A DNA stretch of 64,000 bases from the IMG/VR virus record IMGVR_UViG_3300042566_000510, positions 1 to 64,000 of that record; one strand, given 5' to 3'. Origin of the DNA: a virus. Below the pieces are notes generated by a model, which saw only the letters and a list, made by a program, of their open reading frames with translations, was not told the origin of the DNA and ran no database searches. This document shows positions 62,960-64,000 of the stretch, one piece after another (position 1 is the first letter of the stretch; each line of letters starts with the position of its first letter). The position numbers and the translations under genes were made by a program.

Positions 62960-63129
62960 GCGCCCTCCTGCAGGCGTTGCTTCGCCTTCACAATGCATTT
63001 GTCACAGATGTGGCGCATACCATCTGTGGTGCTGACCATCTTCTTTGCCTTGCTCTTAGGGGTGCCGCAGAACGAGCACTTTGGCTCCAGCTCCTTCGGC
63101 TTGTCGAACGGTATTACTACTCCTGTCAT
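62956..63129 (-). CDS. Stand-alone ClpX-type C4 zinc-finger protein (57 aa, not in ORF track)
   Basis: KCSFCG..ICDKCI..A; ATGA coupling on both sides. Confidence 0.7.
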   Translation of the reverse strand: MTGVVIPFDKPKELEPKCSFCGTPKSKAKKMVSTTDGMRHICDKCIVKAKQRLQEGA

Positions 63130-63806
63130 GCTGCGATTTCTTTCTGCTCTGCGGCCTTAGTCTCGTCGTACAGTTGAATGCCCCAAGCAATCGCGTAGCA
63201 GCACCAGAGGAATTGGAAGGTGAACTCTTTACAACCCCACTCCCACGCGTCCTCAAAGTTGAAGTCGGCATTTCCACCGTCGAACGCTAGGGCGCTGTCA
63301 ATAGCGCGAATTTCGCCGTCGCCCGCGTTGCACAGTACCTCGCCTTCAATTTCAGCCCAGAGCGCGTTCTTCAGAGCGGTGAACTCTGCAATCTCGTCTG
63401 GCTCGGCCTCGCCGTCTTCTGGAGCTTCGCACTCGACCCAATTGTCGAAAGCTCGCTTGACGTTTTCGCGAAAGCGCTCTTCGCTGAATTCTTGGAATCC
63501 GTCGTGCGCACGCAGCTTCTCGGCCCAGTACTGCGGGTTGATACCGAGCTTTCTGCCCTTGCGGAGCGCATACTCGCGATCCGTGCGGAAGAACTCGAAC
63601 ATGTCCTCGAGGCGACGGAACACGTAGGTGCCGCAGTCTCCGTCAATACACAGCGTGCCAGGCCATGTGATGAGGTCGAACCAGTAGACCCCCTCGCCTG
63701 GGCGCTTGAACCGAATATGGCGGTGGACGCCGTCATCACGGATGATGTGCATCTCGTGGCCGGCAAGGTCTTTGAGCACGCGCTCTTCAGTGCAGGCGTA
63801 CGTCAT
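63126..63806 (-). CDS. Conserved phage hypothetical protein
   Basis: DDG..RHI.F; YWFDLITWPG.L.I.GD; DMF.FF; IN..YWAEK; FLWCCYAIAWGI..YD. Confidence 0.8.
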   Translation of the reverse strand: MTYACTEERVLKDLAGHEMHIIRDDGVHRHIRFKRPGEGVYWFDLITWPGTLCIDGDCGTYVFRRLEDMFEFFRTDREYALRKGRKLGINPQYWAEKLRAHDGFQEFSEERFRENVKRAFDNWVECEAPEDGEAEPDEIAEFTALKNALWAEIEGEVLCNAGDGEIRAIDSALAFDGGNADFNFEDAWEWGCKEFTFQFLWCCYAIAWGIQLYDETKAAEQKEIAA

Positions 63807-64000
63807 GCCGATGGCTCCTCATCCAATCCGCACCACTCCTTGGTCTGCGCGGCGAACTCAAAGTCGGGAGACTTGAAGGCTTCCTCTGGCGTGGTCGATG
63901 TGCAACCCCAGATGCGGTCGGTCAAATCGAAGTAGCTGTAGCCATGCTCACCGATTGGCTCTCCGGTTTCCGGGTCGAGCGTGCGAGTCTTGTACACGCC
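63803..64000 (-). CDS. Hypothetical protein (partial, runs off the window)
   Basis: Open frame coupled to the next gene, GAGGAG RBS at its end. Confidence 0.55.
   Translation of the reverse strand, partial: GVYKTRTLDPETGEPIGEHGYSYFDLTDRIWGCTSTTPEEAFKSPDFEFAAQTKEWCGLDEEPSA

Overview
The whole 64 kb window is temperate tailed-phage sequence with podovirus-like organisation. The host is probably a proteobacterium (inferred from gene families and a C4-type RNA). The + strand from 1 to 36909 is the virion module: portal, scaffold, N4-gp56-type major capsid protein, adaptor/tail-tube proteins, tail fibres, ejection proteins and two giant polyvalent proteins (2581 and 1920 aa). At 37171-39368 are a tRNA-Cys, an HNH gene, a putative intact attP, a tyrosine integrase and an excisionase. 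Phage genes lie on both sides of attP, so this looks like the unintegrated form. The - strand from 39120 to 55730 carries early recombination and nucleotide genes (RdgC, SSB, RNA ligase, YqaJ exonuclease, RecT, dNMP kinase, GNAT) and the repressor. The + strand from 55857 to 62143 is the replication/nin-like region. Terminase and lysis genes are not visible in the window. Main observations: (1) the two giant proteins look like polyproteins, with effector domains separated by eight copies of a linker ending S-x-D-R, all downstream of an HExxH peptidase, and a small gene overprinted behind the DNA-glycosylase-like domain; (2) a ~1.07 kb promoter-to-terminator non-coding unit (53967-55040, - strand) made of tandem tRNA-like/C4-like modules; (3) an attP carrying only the anticodon arm of tRNA-Cys next to a complete replacement tRNA-Cys; (4) a 13-bp NAAC-N5-GTTG operator at promoters across the genome. 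All family names come from motif recognition by eye; no database search was run.
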